The position numbers were made by a program, and so were the translations under genes. The notes beneath the pieces are model-generated. The model was not told the DNA's origin and did no database searches. It saw only the letters and a list, made by a program, of their open reading frames with translations. A stretch of DNA of 64,000 nucleotides from Schmidtea nova (Eukaryota). Shown here piece after piece: positions 1 through 11,148 of this stretch. The number at the start of each line of letters is the position of its first letter. The first letter of the stretch is position 1. Location: the NCBI GenBank assembly GCA_044892505.1, contig CM097883.1, positions 275,094,001-275,158,000 on the forward strand. The letters are read 5' to 3'.

Positions 1-745
1 TGTAAATATTTTTAGGAAAAGGAAAAGTAAATTAAAGAAATAAAAGGAAAAATAAATTTAAATTAAATTCCATTTTAAATTCATTAAATTGAATATTTGA
101 GTTATTCAACTCAATTTTTATTGGGTGATTTCTTTTGACATGAAGAACAGATTTGAAGTTAGTAATCAATTTAGTCCAATAAATTCATTTCATGAAAAAG
201 TCTTTTTTATTTGAAATTGTGATTGTTTTGTTCAGAAATTGAAATGTTTTTATTTATTATTTTTTGGTTTTTAATTGTCAATTTTTTTCTTTATTTTTAT
301 ATTATTTATTTACTTTTCTTTATTATTTTATGAAATAAATCATTGGAATTATTATTATTTATCAATTTAATATTTTTATTTTTACCAAACTAGGAGCGAG
401 TCCTTTGTTAAAATCTTTATAGCTCACCACTGAATATAAATTTTCAATATTTATTACTTTAAAGATACCTTTTAAACCAAATCTTCCCGTTGCAAACGAT
501 TCTGGAAATGAATTAATATTTTTTTAATATAATTGGTTATGGAATACATTCTGTAGTTAGGAAGATAAATATATCCATAAAATTATATTCGTTTCAAAAG
601 TAAAAGGAAAGTGTAAAATGCTTTTATGAGTTGGGAATGTCATAAAATAACACAAAAAAATTATATTTATAATAATTGTCATTTATTTTCAGTTAACCTA
701 AATTGCATATAAAATTTTCAGGCTAGTAAATTCACATTAGGGTAA

Positions 746-1185
746 GGGGTCGTACTTAAATGACGTCACAGATATAAGGACAGTGGGAGATTGAAAATGT
801 GACAACTACTGACAAAGGGGATAGAGGGAGCTTTATCAAATGTAACGTTACACATTTTTTAAAGTGCTTTGGTAAAAAAATCATTCCATATTCGGGCAAG
901 AAGAATCAAAATTACATGAAAAAAACTCATATTTGACAGTTCTGTCTCCTATTTTTGTCATTTCCCCAAGTTTTCTGTAGTTCACATGATTACTATTTTC
1001 TTCAAATATAAATGTTATATTTGCTTGATTCGAACCTATTAGAAGGGGAATCCCAAGTAGATTCTTACCAATAAAGAATATGGCGTCACAATGAAGATAG
1101 GGGTATTGAAAAAATGTGACAATGGGGAGGGAGGGGGTTCAAAAAATTGGGGGGAAAAACCTATGACGTCCTTTAAGTATATTCT
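746..1185. mobile_element. Probable PIF/Harbinger-like MITE
   Basis: Imperfect terminal inverted repeats (GGGGTCGTACTTAAATGACGTCAC ... TGACGTCCTTTAAGTATATTC) preceded by TAA; no coding capacity. Confidence 0.4.
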
Positions 1186-1378
1186 TGTTCCTCAGAAAAA
1201 GAATCTGCAGTTAAAAATTTATTTTGGTATCAAACAAATATGGTTATATAGACGGAATTTGCCTTGACACGGCACTATGACACAATACTGCTTACCTAAT
1301 GGTTTGCTAAAATCAACGTTCTACTGTTTTTTACTAAAATTGTTACATTTTAAAAATGAATAAAACTATTTTTTTCAG

Positions 1379-2203
1379 ATTATAACGCATTAAATTCCAA
1401 TTCTCTTGGTCTTCATCAATCTATTAAATTCAACAATATCACGGGTTCCGGTAGTTATAACGCAAATAATATGAACAATTCTCTCATTACTGGAGACAGA
1501 AATAATTTATCTTCTTCCGCAATAAATTCACTGCACAACATCAACAAACCCATTTTTACAGATTTGTCCATCGGGAATGCTGATTTAAACAAATATGATG
1601 ATGTTTCTCCACCCAACAATGAAGAATCAAATCCGATTTCGTTTAATAGTAGAGAATCTGAAAACAATGTCAAATGTAAAGGACCAGTGGAACAGTTTTC
1701 AGTTTCAGACTGCACATCCCTCGAGTCTTCTCTTCCTGTCCAGGTTGATCGAGAGTCAATATCTCTGACGGAACTGAAACCTATAGAAACTTCAAACTTA
1801 GACGAATTAAGAAATAATTTGACTTACAATGCTAATTTGAACGATAACATGCCTCATTTATATAATTATCTGCCTTCAACTTACCTCCAATCTCATCCTA
1901 GTAATTACAATATCAATTCTACTACTAATCCTACATCAGATTCGTTTAATTCACCATATCCTCTTTCTATGGGACTGCACGGATATGGCTACAACTACAA
2001 TTCCACGCATAGTCAATATCCTATAAATCCCATAATGTACGCTAATCATATTCATTCATACGCAACGGCCGCCATCGGGAATGGGGTTGCGTCTATATTT
2101 TCCCAATATGAAAATTCCGTCAGTAATAATGTTGCAAACTCATTGATATCTCAGTATGATTCCTATCAAAATCAGCATCACAATACAAATTTAATGACAA
2201 CAG
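1379..2203 (+). CDS. Probable internal exon of a host gene, N/S/Y/P-rich low-complexity segment (regulator-like, unidentified)
   Basis: Acceptor TTTTTTCAG ending 1378 and donor CAG|GTAAAA at 2203/2204; 825 nt, open throughout, phase 1-1; contains track ORF 1471-2214. Confidence 0.6.
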
Positions 2204-2321
2204 GTAAAAAATAAATTTTCATATTTAATTTTTATTATTTAATTTCAAGGATTTAAAAAAAATAATTTAGTGTATAATTTAATGACAACAGTTAAAAAAT
2301 AAATTTTCAAATATAATTTTT

Positions 2322-2493
2322 NNNNNNNNNNNNNNNNNNNNNNNNNNNNNNNNNNNNNNNNNNNNNNNNNNNNNNNNNNNNNNNNNNNNNNNNNNNNNNN
2401 NNNNNNNNNNNNNNNNNNNNNNNNNNNNNNNNNNNNNNNNNNNNNNNNNNNNNNNNNNNNNNNNNNNNNNNNNNNNNNNNNNNNNNNNNNNNN
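2322..2493. other. Assembly gap flanked by a tandemly repeated AT-rich unit (about 2190-2560)
   Basis: Run of N; the sequence TTAAAAAATAAA(A/T)TTTCAAAT recurs on both sides. Confidence 0.9.
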
Positions 2494-3507
2494 TTAAAAA
2501 ATAAAATTTCAAATTTAATTTTTATTATTTAAATTTAAGGATTTAAAAAAATATATTTAATTTATAATTTTTTTTGTGTAGGTTTATCGAGTTCTTTAAC
2601 TGAAAAATAAATATTTGTACAAGACCCAAAAAAAGTAATTCTTGTGATAAACTATGAATAAAATTTAATATATTAGTTATGTTTTTTGTTTTGTTGATAT
2701 TTCTAATTGTGTGATTCTCATGAAATTTAACTTTGATTTTTCTTGTAAATTGTTTACAATACATAAATAAACATGTTGTTTACATTTTAATCAGTAGTCG
2801 TGTTTTTAAAATCTATTTATAATTTGTTTACTTATGTTGCAAAAATTCATGAATTTTTTTGGCAAATGAAATAGAAATCATTCAAGACCCTTGTACAATG
2901 CATTTTTACAATAGAACAATAATTTTATTGTTTAAATAGAGTACATTATTATAAACAAATTTATTTAATTATTTATTTGTAAATAAAATTTAACAATTTT
3001 TTCTTACTGAAAATCAAAAGTTTTTTTAATATATTTTCGTTTTCATATGATTTAAGATAAATTAACATAACTATTAGATCAACTATTATATAAAAATGGT
3101 AAATTTTTCAAATAAATGAAAGCACCGTTTTTTAAACCTTTTGAGGGCTGAATTATTTTTTCTTTTGAAAAATTAATGAATAGGGCATATTTACTGGCTA
3201 TTTATAAACAAATAAAACATACAAAACTAATATAATGAAACCGAATTATTCACGTTATCCTGCAGGACGCGGTTATCTCACGAGACCACCTGACCGCAAA
3301 AGGCAAAACAAAAAGGATATGTTTTTTATAAACTATTTATATTCAAAAAATAACATTTCAAAATTCGATAGACATTTTATTATTTTGTATGGAAAGCTGC
3401 AAAACAGTTTTTGTCGTGCTTGATGCACAATCCAACATTGCATGTTGCACATTTCCACATTGTACGACTAAAATTATCCTCAGTACTACAGTGAGCACAC
3501 CTTAGTG

Positions 3508-4078
3508 CAGTGGTTCTCAAACTTTTTGAAGTCGGGGAACACTAAACTCTGATACATTTTTAGGCGGAACATCTACAATACAACATAAACTTTAAAACAG
3601 AGGGCGCGGGTAGTTAACCTTTTTAAAATCAAAAGAGCAATAAAAAATGGAATAATGTTCGCAAAAACACTCCATTATTATAGAACAAAAAAGAAAACGG
3701 AATCGTGCTGCAGCGTGTAATTGGCAACCCCCTGTTTCAAAGTGCTACTTTTAGAAAAAATATGTATATAAATAAAATATGTACCAATATTGGTTGATGC
3801 AAATATATTTATTGAAAACACAATTAAAATTACAATACTTTGAAAAAAATATCTAACTTAATGCGATACATGAGCTTGACGATCTTTACAGATCTCAGCG
3901 ATATTGGGATGAATAAATGATAAAGCCATTTATACAAAGCCGAATGGTACGTATAAATTTTATATTGAATTGATTTTTATGTGCGAACAATTTTTAATTG
4001 ATTTGATTTTTTCGCGGAACATTTGAAAGTGATCGCCGGAACACCAGTGTTCCGCGGAACACGCTTTGAGAACCACTG
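3508..4078. mobile_element. Non-autonomous hAT (Charlie/Buster-like) element nested in the piggyBac
   Basis: TIRs CAGTGGTTCTCAAA / TTTGAGAACCACTG; perfect 8-bp TSD CCTTAGTG (3500-3507, 4079-4086); internal remnant CKDRQAHVSH* on the minus strand. Confidence 0.92.
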
Positions 4079-5092
4079 CCTTAGTGACGTAGTTCTTTCT
4101 GGCATATGACAAGCTTTCGATGCACGGACTTCTGGCTGAATAATATTTTTGTATTTCCTGGGCGGTTTATCCATTTACGTCCGCCCTTTTTTAGCGGGTA
4201 TAATTGCTCCTACGAGACCAGATATCAGCGATAATCGAAATTCTTTTAATGTCATTTTCTTTTCGTTGTTTATTTGTTGGTATAAAATATGAGCATTTAC
4301 TACGCTAGCAGCAAGAAAATAGAAAAAAAGTTCGGTGCCACCATTTGTGGGACTTGCCATCTATTTCATATAGACCTTTTAGCATATCAAATTTGTCAAC
4401 ATAACCCATATGTTTGTTAGAGTCAACACTTTTACGATCCATCCATTCCAGTGCTAAATGTCCATCTGTAGAAATTCGATAATCAAAATCTCCGCGATTC
4501 AAATTTCTAGCGTTTTCTAAATCAGGAAATTGTTTCCTTCCCTTTCTTACTGTTCCGCAACTATATATTCCATTTGACAATAATGCTCTTTGTAATTCAA
4601 CGGAACTGAAGTAATTGTCAAAAACACTGATATTTACCTATCAAAGGTTTAGTGAGATCCTGTACAATTGTTCTCGGCAGACTCGCCTACTTTCCCCGAA
4701 TAAATTTGAAATTGGCTCATATTCCCATTAGAATCTGCTTGGGCCCATACTTTGTACCCACGTTTCACAGGCTTATCAGACATGTATTGTCGCAGGCTAC
4801 TGCGCCCTTTGAAACAAATCATCGATTCATCTACTGATTGACACTCATGAGGCTCGAGTGCTGGGAGAAATATCTCTTCAAGTTTAGTAAGAAAGGGTCG
4901 CACTTTGTATAGTTTGTCGAAATCTTCTTCATTTTTTTGGTTGACAAGAATTATCATTCAAATGAATATATAAAAGTAGCCAATCAAAACTAGCTCTTGA
5001 AATGACATCACTAATGAAATTATCTCAAAGCTCATCACTAGAGGGCCAGTAGTCCTTGTAAGCAGGCATTTGCTTTATTCCCATCAACAAAT

Positions 5093-5335
5093 CATCTTAA
5101 TCATATCAATAATTCCCATAATGGATGACTATAGATCAACATTTCTTTAAATAAGTACACAATATTTCGGCACAGCCTTTATCAAGCGATATTATCAGAT
5201 ACACACTTGATAAAAGTTGTGCCGAAATATTGTGTACTTGTTTAATGAAATTTTGATCTATAGTCATCCATTATGGGAATTATTAATATTAATATTAAAA
5301 AAAGATCAAAGGTGAAACAAAAAGATAATTATGAT
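5093..5335. mobile_element. Foldback MITE interrupting the piggyBac ORF
   Basis: Inverted arms of about 75 bp; splits LAVNLL/MGIKQMPAYKDYW; flanking duplication AACAAAT; same family at 41168-41592. Confidence 0.75.
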
Positions 5336-6299
5336 AACAAATTAACTGCTAGAATTTTTTTCATTTCTTCTTCGATGGTTGGGACAAATGTAGGATATCC
5401 TCCATGTGTTTGCGCATAATATAAATTCGTTTGAAAAACAATATGTTTTATAAGTTCTTCGGGAAACAATTGATGTAATATATTTGTACAGCTTTGTGCA
5501 TAATCGGATAAGTTTGGACCATTATCTTCTTTGCATTCATTTTGCTGAGAAACATAACTTCCATCATTTGTCCAGTAAACCAAGCTATCTCGTGTTCTGT
5601 ATTTCAATGATGATAGTGGAATATTGTCCTCCTCATCCCAATTCGACATATACTTTGTCTCGTTTTTAAAATCATATCCATATTTTCTATATCAAAAAGT
5701 TCACTGGTTTCCCGAATTAGATTTGTTGTAAACTTCTCTTGCATTTCGCCATCAACAACAGGGTTTATTGGTTCGTTATCAGGCGATATTAAATTCATCC
5801 TGGTCCATCTTCTCCAGATCCATAAAACTGTACAGTCGTTTTTCCATTTCTAAGAAATAAAAAACTATATTACCACTTTGCGGCCTGGTGTATTGTCAGA
5901 CGACCTCATAAAAAATTACAATTTGCAAAACAAATTGAATAAACATTATTTGAAATACTTATTCAGATGGTGAGATAATGCAAATAGAGTTAACTTACTG
6001 GCAATTGCGTCCTATGAATTCACAATAATACATTTGTATATCTTTAATACGGCAGTAATTCCAACTATACAAGAGCACATGTGTTTACATTAACCTGAAC
6101 TAGCTCACAATAAAATTATTACACGAAACGCATAGTATGCATATAAAGTACCATATAGACAACACATTTAAAGTCGTGACTAGTTGAAAAAACCAATAGG
6201 AAGATATAAAACAATTTTTGAGTGGATGATCTTTTCAGATAACCGGCTGCCCTGAAATAGTTAAATATATATTTGGTCACTAATAAATTTAAAAATAAT

Positions 6300-6700
6300 C
6301 TATTGTTTTTATTGAATTTGTTTAGTGCCTGATGATAACATCTGAGCTGTGGAAATATATTGCTAGGCATACCAAAACTCATTGAAACTTCGTCCATGTT
6401 TCCAACTTTATTTTTTCTACAACAGATACTTTTATTTTAAAACAAGTTAAAAAAGCTCAACTTTTTCATTCCAGTTTACAGACAATCTTTCTCAAGATAA
6501 AGTAGCAGATCTTGCACTCAGCTGATCCACTCAGCTTCCGAAACTGGCCAATGTACACTTCTTCTTCCCCTGACTCGTTTATTAGATTTCAGTGTTTACA
6601 AAACAGATTTTGTCTTCCACCATTCTCTAATTGAGGCTTTATTAACATGCTATACCCTTCCTGTTTCAAGATTACCGTAAATTTCTACATGTTGAAATAT
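6300..6700 (-). pseudogene. pogo/Tigger-like transposase remnant
   Basis: GNMDEVSMSFGMPSN resembles the pogo first-Asp motif; upstream RGRRSVHWP resembles a CENP-B-type HTH region; heavily disrupted. Confidence 0.45.
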
Positions 6701-6974
6701 TTCAAGATTTTTAATCATGAATATGAGATTCTTATTTTCTTCGATACCGTTTTATTGGATTAAAATAATAAATCAATAATTTTATTGGTTTTCGCTAGAT
6801 AAAGCTAAAACTTAGAAATAATTTTGAATATATATTTAATGACGCGCTTGTTGTACGTACAAGAAAAAAAGTTGATTTAAAAATACAGGCGCGTGTTATA
6901 CAGAGGATTTTAGGGGATTTTTATTAATTATGAATCACATTCGTACTTATTTAAAGAAATTTTGATTTATAGTC

Positions 6975-7131
6975 NNNNNNNNNNNNNNNNNNNNNNNNNN
7001 NNNNNNNNNNNNNNNNNNNNNNNNNNNNNNNNNNNNNNNNNNNNNNNNNNNNNNNNNNNNNNNNNNNNNNNNNNNNNNNNNNNNNNNNNNNNNNNNNNNN
7101 NNNNNNNNNNNNNNNNNNNNNNNNNNNNNNN
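6975..7131. other. Assembly gap
   Basis: Run of N. Confidence 0.99.
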
Positions 7132-7609
7132 ATATATTTATGGGAAATATATTTCGATGGTATAACCATCATCTTCAGTCCTAAAATTATCGATTATTTA
7201 AACAAATTATGCGGTCAAATATAAATAACTACTATACGCATTGTGCAAATTTAAAGAATGAAAAATAAAATATTTTTCTTCTTTCCCTCTCTTCTAATTT
7301 AAGACACTCAATAGATTTGTTGTCTCACTTTGTAATTTAATCTTAGGATTCAAAGATTTGATATACAAAGCTTCGCAAACCACTCTTTCCCAGTAACTAA
7401 GTGATTTACAAAGTGAGACAACAAATCTATTGAGTGTCTTTAATTAGAAGAGAGGGAAAGAAGAAAAATATTTTATTTTTCATTCTTTAAATTTGCACAA
7501 TGCGTATAGTAGTTATTTATATTTGACCGCATAATTTGTTTAAATAATCGATAATTTTAGGACTGAAGATGATGGTTATACCATCGAAATATATTTCCCA
7601 TAAATATAT
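7132..7609. repeat. Long inverted repeat (foldback/MITE), left end lost in the gap
   Basis: Arms 7132-7335 and 7406-7609 are near-perfect reverse complements with a 70-bp spacer. Confidence 0.88.
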
Positions 7610-7659
7610 TTTGAAATGGCAAATTGGTCTTTTTAATAATAAATTACCATTATTTTTCA

Positions 7660-7704
<45 letters not shown>

Positions 7705-8054
7705 TGTTGGGCCCGCCAAATCACCTAAAAACACAATAAAACGAACAAAATCATGAAACAATAAAGAAATGATAAAAATAAAAATAGCAAGAAAAACAAA
7801 TTAAAAATAACAATAAAACGACAAATAATAATTGAGAAATTTTCAGTAAAAGGAAATTTTGAAAATAAACCGGTAAACAACCGCAAAAGGGGGCCTGAAA
7901 TAAGAAAAGTAGAATTAAATAAAATAATAGTACAAATAATTAATTAATTACTTAGAAAATCAGGACCACCCAGCGAGAAACCGGAAAAGGAAACAAAATA
8001 ATGTTTAGATTAGATTAAAATAATAAAAATACTTTGAAGGACGGCCTGATCCTG

Positions 8055-8089
8055 ATTGGTCAATCCAACCAGACGGATCAGTATAAATA
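8055..8089 (+). promoter_or_regulatory. LTR core promoter: inverted CCAAT box plus TATA box
   Basis: ATTGG at 8055 and TATAAATA at 8082; the same pair with the same 27-bp spacing occurs in the diverged solo LTR (54458, 54485). Confidence 0.65.
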
Positions 8090-9092
8090 CCGATCCAAAA
8101 ATCACAACAACAGACTTGAGACGTTTTTACTTTTCACTTACAATCAAGACTAAACTTTGATTTAAGTAACATTTCATTTAACGAAGCGAGAATTTTTTGA
8201 AAAAACAGAATTCAAGTACGGAACGTAATTTTTATTGTTATTTTTTAATGTACCCATGATTTTTATTTTAATTAAAAGTTTATATGTAAACGTCATTTCA
8301 TTTTTTCATTGATTATTTTTAATGCATATAGCTATACTTCCTATGCTGCTCACGCGGCGAGGGAGTCCGAGTCGTCGTCGTGGGGCCTCAGGGTCTCACA
8401 TGGCGGTTCAACCTTTTTATTATTTAATTTAGATGTGAAGTTTTATCTAGAAAATTTGATTGAATTTTTAGTCTAATACAGACCATTTGCAAATTATTTA
8501 ATTTTGGGTTGCACAACGGACGAAGGTCGAGGGCCAAATATGTAGATTGCGGAGGGCGGATGGATAAGGAGGGACACCCCATGGTAGGGCATGCTCAGTC
8601 TTTAAATTTTTGGTAAATTGAATCGAAAGGGAACCTCCCGCATGGAAAACAGTGAGCAACAACTAAAATAAATTTGAATAATTTCGTTGGAATGAGAAAA
8701 TCCAACGTAGTCCAAAGTCCGATTTCATTCGGAATCAGCATTTCGCCTACGAAATTTTAACATCGATAAATTCCGATCGCGATGGAATGCGTCGGAAAAT
8801 CCAAATTAAATTAGTTACTAAAAATAGGCCGATCGTCGTATATGACGCGGTTTCCCAAGTTATTCTCCGATCGCTGTATATAGCGCGGAAATCTTGATTA
8901 AATTCGATAATTCCTGAATGCTGTATATAGCACAGGACTAATTATGAACTCTTTATTCCGACCGTGGTAGATCACGGCGGAGAGAAATAAAATTAATCTT
9001 ATTTTTTAACTGTTGTGATTATATGCAACATAATTAAATTATCAACGAATTTCCCCCTTAACTCATATTTATATCCAATAAATGTAATATAG

Positions 9093-9572
9093 ATGTCGAC
9101 AGCTGAACTTATACATCAATTGACGCAACTACGGAATATGGAGCAAGGGAATCTGCGAAATGGAAATATCTCGCAGCTCAAGGATCTACCAGCATCGATA
9201 TTGCGGACCCTCAACTGCCAAATGTATAAGTGGCGACAGGGGTTTGGCCGAAAATGCCCGTTCTCGATATGGACAGGAGGGCACGACCAAATACTCTATC
9301 GAGGAGGACCGAACTGGCCGATTTCTCAAAGGCCGTACTCAAACAAATTTGGCCGACTTGTCGTACTGATCAAGGACACCGATGGACGGACAAGCCGTGT
9401 AATTTATTGGGGGCATATCCCTCGTCGGGAACTATGCCAACTAGGCCTACACGAATTCCTGCCACGAAAACCGTTCGGCAAGGAGTGCCAGAAAGGACAA
9501 TCCTCATTCTCTTGGGCTCGTCTCCGTCAGAAACCGATTAACAGCGAATTGCATAGCCTGTTTCGGAGATAA
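9093..9572 (+). CDS. LTR-encoded ORF1, 159 aa, unknown function
   Basis: ATG directly after TAG acceptor-like site; identical copy in 3' LTR; positional counterpart in solo LTR at 55618. Confidence 0.55.
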   Translation: MSTAELIHQLTQLRNMEQGNLRNGNISQLKDLPASILRTLNCQMYKWRQGFGRKCPFSIWTGGHDQILYRGGPNWPISQRPYSNKFGRLVVLIKDTDGRTSRVIYWGHIPRRELCQLGLHEFLPRKPFGKECQKGQSSFSWARLRQKPINSELHSLFRR

Positions 9573-9755
9573 GAACTGATTGTCAAATCTTTCAAATTGT
9601 GATTAAATATTAATATTCAGTAGTGTTTTTGTTTTGTTGTTTTGAGTTTTGGTATTGTGTTTTTATAATTCATATTCGTAACCAAATAACCCTATAATCA
9701 GTTTCATTTTTCACATCATTTAATCATAGAGTAAATATCCTAAATAAATTATAGA

Positions 9756-10352
9756 ATGAACCCAGATTTGATGCAGAAAGAATTGGAAAAGATGTGGCGG
9801 ATTCGGAGAGCCCAGGACAAGGAATTGGGTCTCCTCAAGGCACAATTGATCAAAGCAGAGGCACAGATTGCATATTTGCGCAAAAGCTGGTTTGCTCCGG
9901 CCCGTATGAAGGAGCAAATCAGTAAAACCGAGCGCGCCCAACAGACTGCAGCCGATTACCAAATGGAATGGGAGGCTACAAAGATAGAACTCCGAAAATG
10001 CCTCCATTCCGTAACTGCCTCATACATCGAGAAGGAACTCAGAGAGCAAATCCGTCCGATTACGTACCAAGCTTGGACGGCAGAAAAGAAGACAGTAAAC
10101 TCCATTGGAACGGATGTCACCGATTTAATTGAAAGTCGGAATGAGACAGCTCCTCCAGCCAATTCAACCACTTCATCGGCGACTGCGCACCAGAAACGCA
10201 AGCGCATTGGGCAGAAACGGCGGAGACAGAGAAAATTATTTGCCCAGCAATTACAAATCCAAGTCGATGGTCTACATCAGATGACTGAGGAAGCATTATT
10301 GACGGAGATTTTTCCTCCGGCGGGAGTTTTTACCGAACTCATTAAAAATTAA
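9756..10352 (+). CDS. LTR-encoded ORF2, 198 aa, coiled coil plus basic NLS-like C-terminal region
   Basis: Protein-level homologue in solo LTR (56445-57008): WFAPARMK/WFNPERVK, IEKELREQIRPITYQAW/ITEQLRPVIRASTFNRW, KRKRIGQKRRRQR/RRNRLGAKKRRER. Confidence 0.8.
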   Translation: MNPDLMQKELEKMWRIRRAQDKELGLLKAQLIKAEAQIAYLRKSWFAPARMKEQISKTERAQQTAADYQMEWEATKIELRKCLHSVTASYIEKELREQIRPITYQAWTAEKKTVNSIGTDVTDLIESRNETAPPANSTTSSATAHQKRKRIGQKRRRQRKLFAQQLQIQVDGLHQMTEEALLTEIFPPAGVFTELIKN

Positions 10353-10826
10353 ATAAATTGTTGCATTGGCTTAAGAATCTCATCGTTCATTTAAATTGAT
10401 TTAATTAACTTTACCAATGATTAAATAAAGATAGAACAAAAGTATAAATTCAGTTTACAAAATATCGAATAGAGATAATTAAATAATTAAGCGAGCATTC
10501 GTTGAAATACTTCTCGCAGACTGAGCAATGATAAAAATAAATTTTCTGAAAGATTAACGCGGGATACATAAGTAGATGATTAAAGCATAAGTCCTTCTAA
10601 CGGCAGCAATGAACCCGTAAACATAAATGGGGAGTAGTACTAGCGATAGTGCTCACCTGCCCATCATTGTTTAACCACCCTGCGCATCACCAACTTGATT
10701 ATATAGGGAAATAATCAAGGGCGCTGGAGTGTAGAATTGCAATTTTATGCATGATCATGGATGAGGGATCCCTAGTCATTGTTAGAACATTTTTCATCTA
10801 ACCCCTCCATGAACCCAGCATAAATT

Positions 10827-10844
10827 TGGGGGCTCAGCCGGGAT
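10827..10844 (+). other. Primer-binding site, tRNA-Pro type
   Basis: TGGGGGCTCAGCCGGGAT, 6 nt after the LTR; 16/18 identical to the canonical tRNA-Pro PBS TGGGGGCTCGTCCGGGAT. Confidence 0.85.
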
Positions 10845-11148
10845 CAACTTCGTTTTATCGGAAAAATGTAAACGTAAAATCTGCAGAGAGGTTTAAAATG
10901 CTCGGGTCAATTAATTTAATAAAAAACAGAAAGGTTATAATTAAATGTAAATTATTGTATAAAAATTAAATAAACAACACGGCAGTGAACAAAAGTGAAT
11001 TTAAAAATTAAAATGCATGCATAATTTGTCGGGACGACAATTTTCAGAAACACGGGGGGAGTTAAATATTAAAAGATACAAAACGAAACATATTACTACC
11101 TTAAAAACGATAAAAATAACAGAGTTAAAACGATTATTTATTCAGTAA

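Larger units (their letters stand above)
3383..5800 (-). pseudogene. Decayed piggyBac transposase (DDE_Tnp_1_7 type) with C-terminal Cys-rich domain
   Basis: Fragments IVFQTNLY, VDESMICFKGRSSLRQYMSDKPVKRGYKVW, CGTVRKGR, HMGYVDKFD, VVNAHILY, and CAHC...CATCNVGLC...CF at 3383-3506; stops, frameshifts and two nested insertions. Confidence 0.88.
7705..10820 (+). repeat. 5' LTR (3116 bp)
   Basis: Starts TGTTGGGCCCGCC, ends CCCAGCA; matches 34340-37455 wherever compared, with identical ORF translations. Confidence 0.97.

Noticed and set aside
2279-2512. ORFs spanning N runs (also 6951-7172, 6962-7165)
   Set aside because: Artefacts of assembly gaps.
3134-3303. Possible piggyBac terminal repeats (CCTTTTG.GG and GACCGCAAAAGG, with a related motif at 5874)
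   Set aside because: Orientation and TTAA flanks do not define a consistent pair, so element ends were not called.
9160-9541. Overlapping alternative-frame ORFs within LTR ORF1 (69 and 103 aa)
   Set aside because: No counterpart detectable in the sister LTR; expected by chance in a GC-richer stretch.
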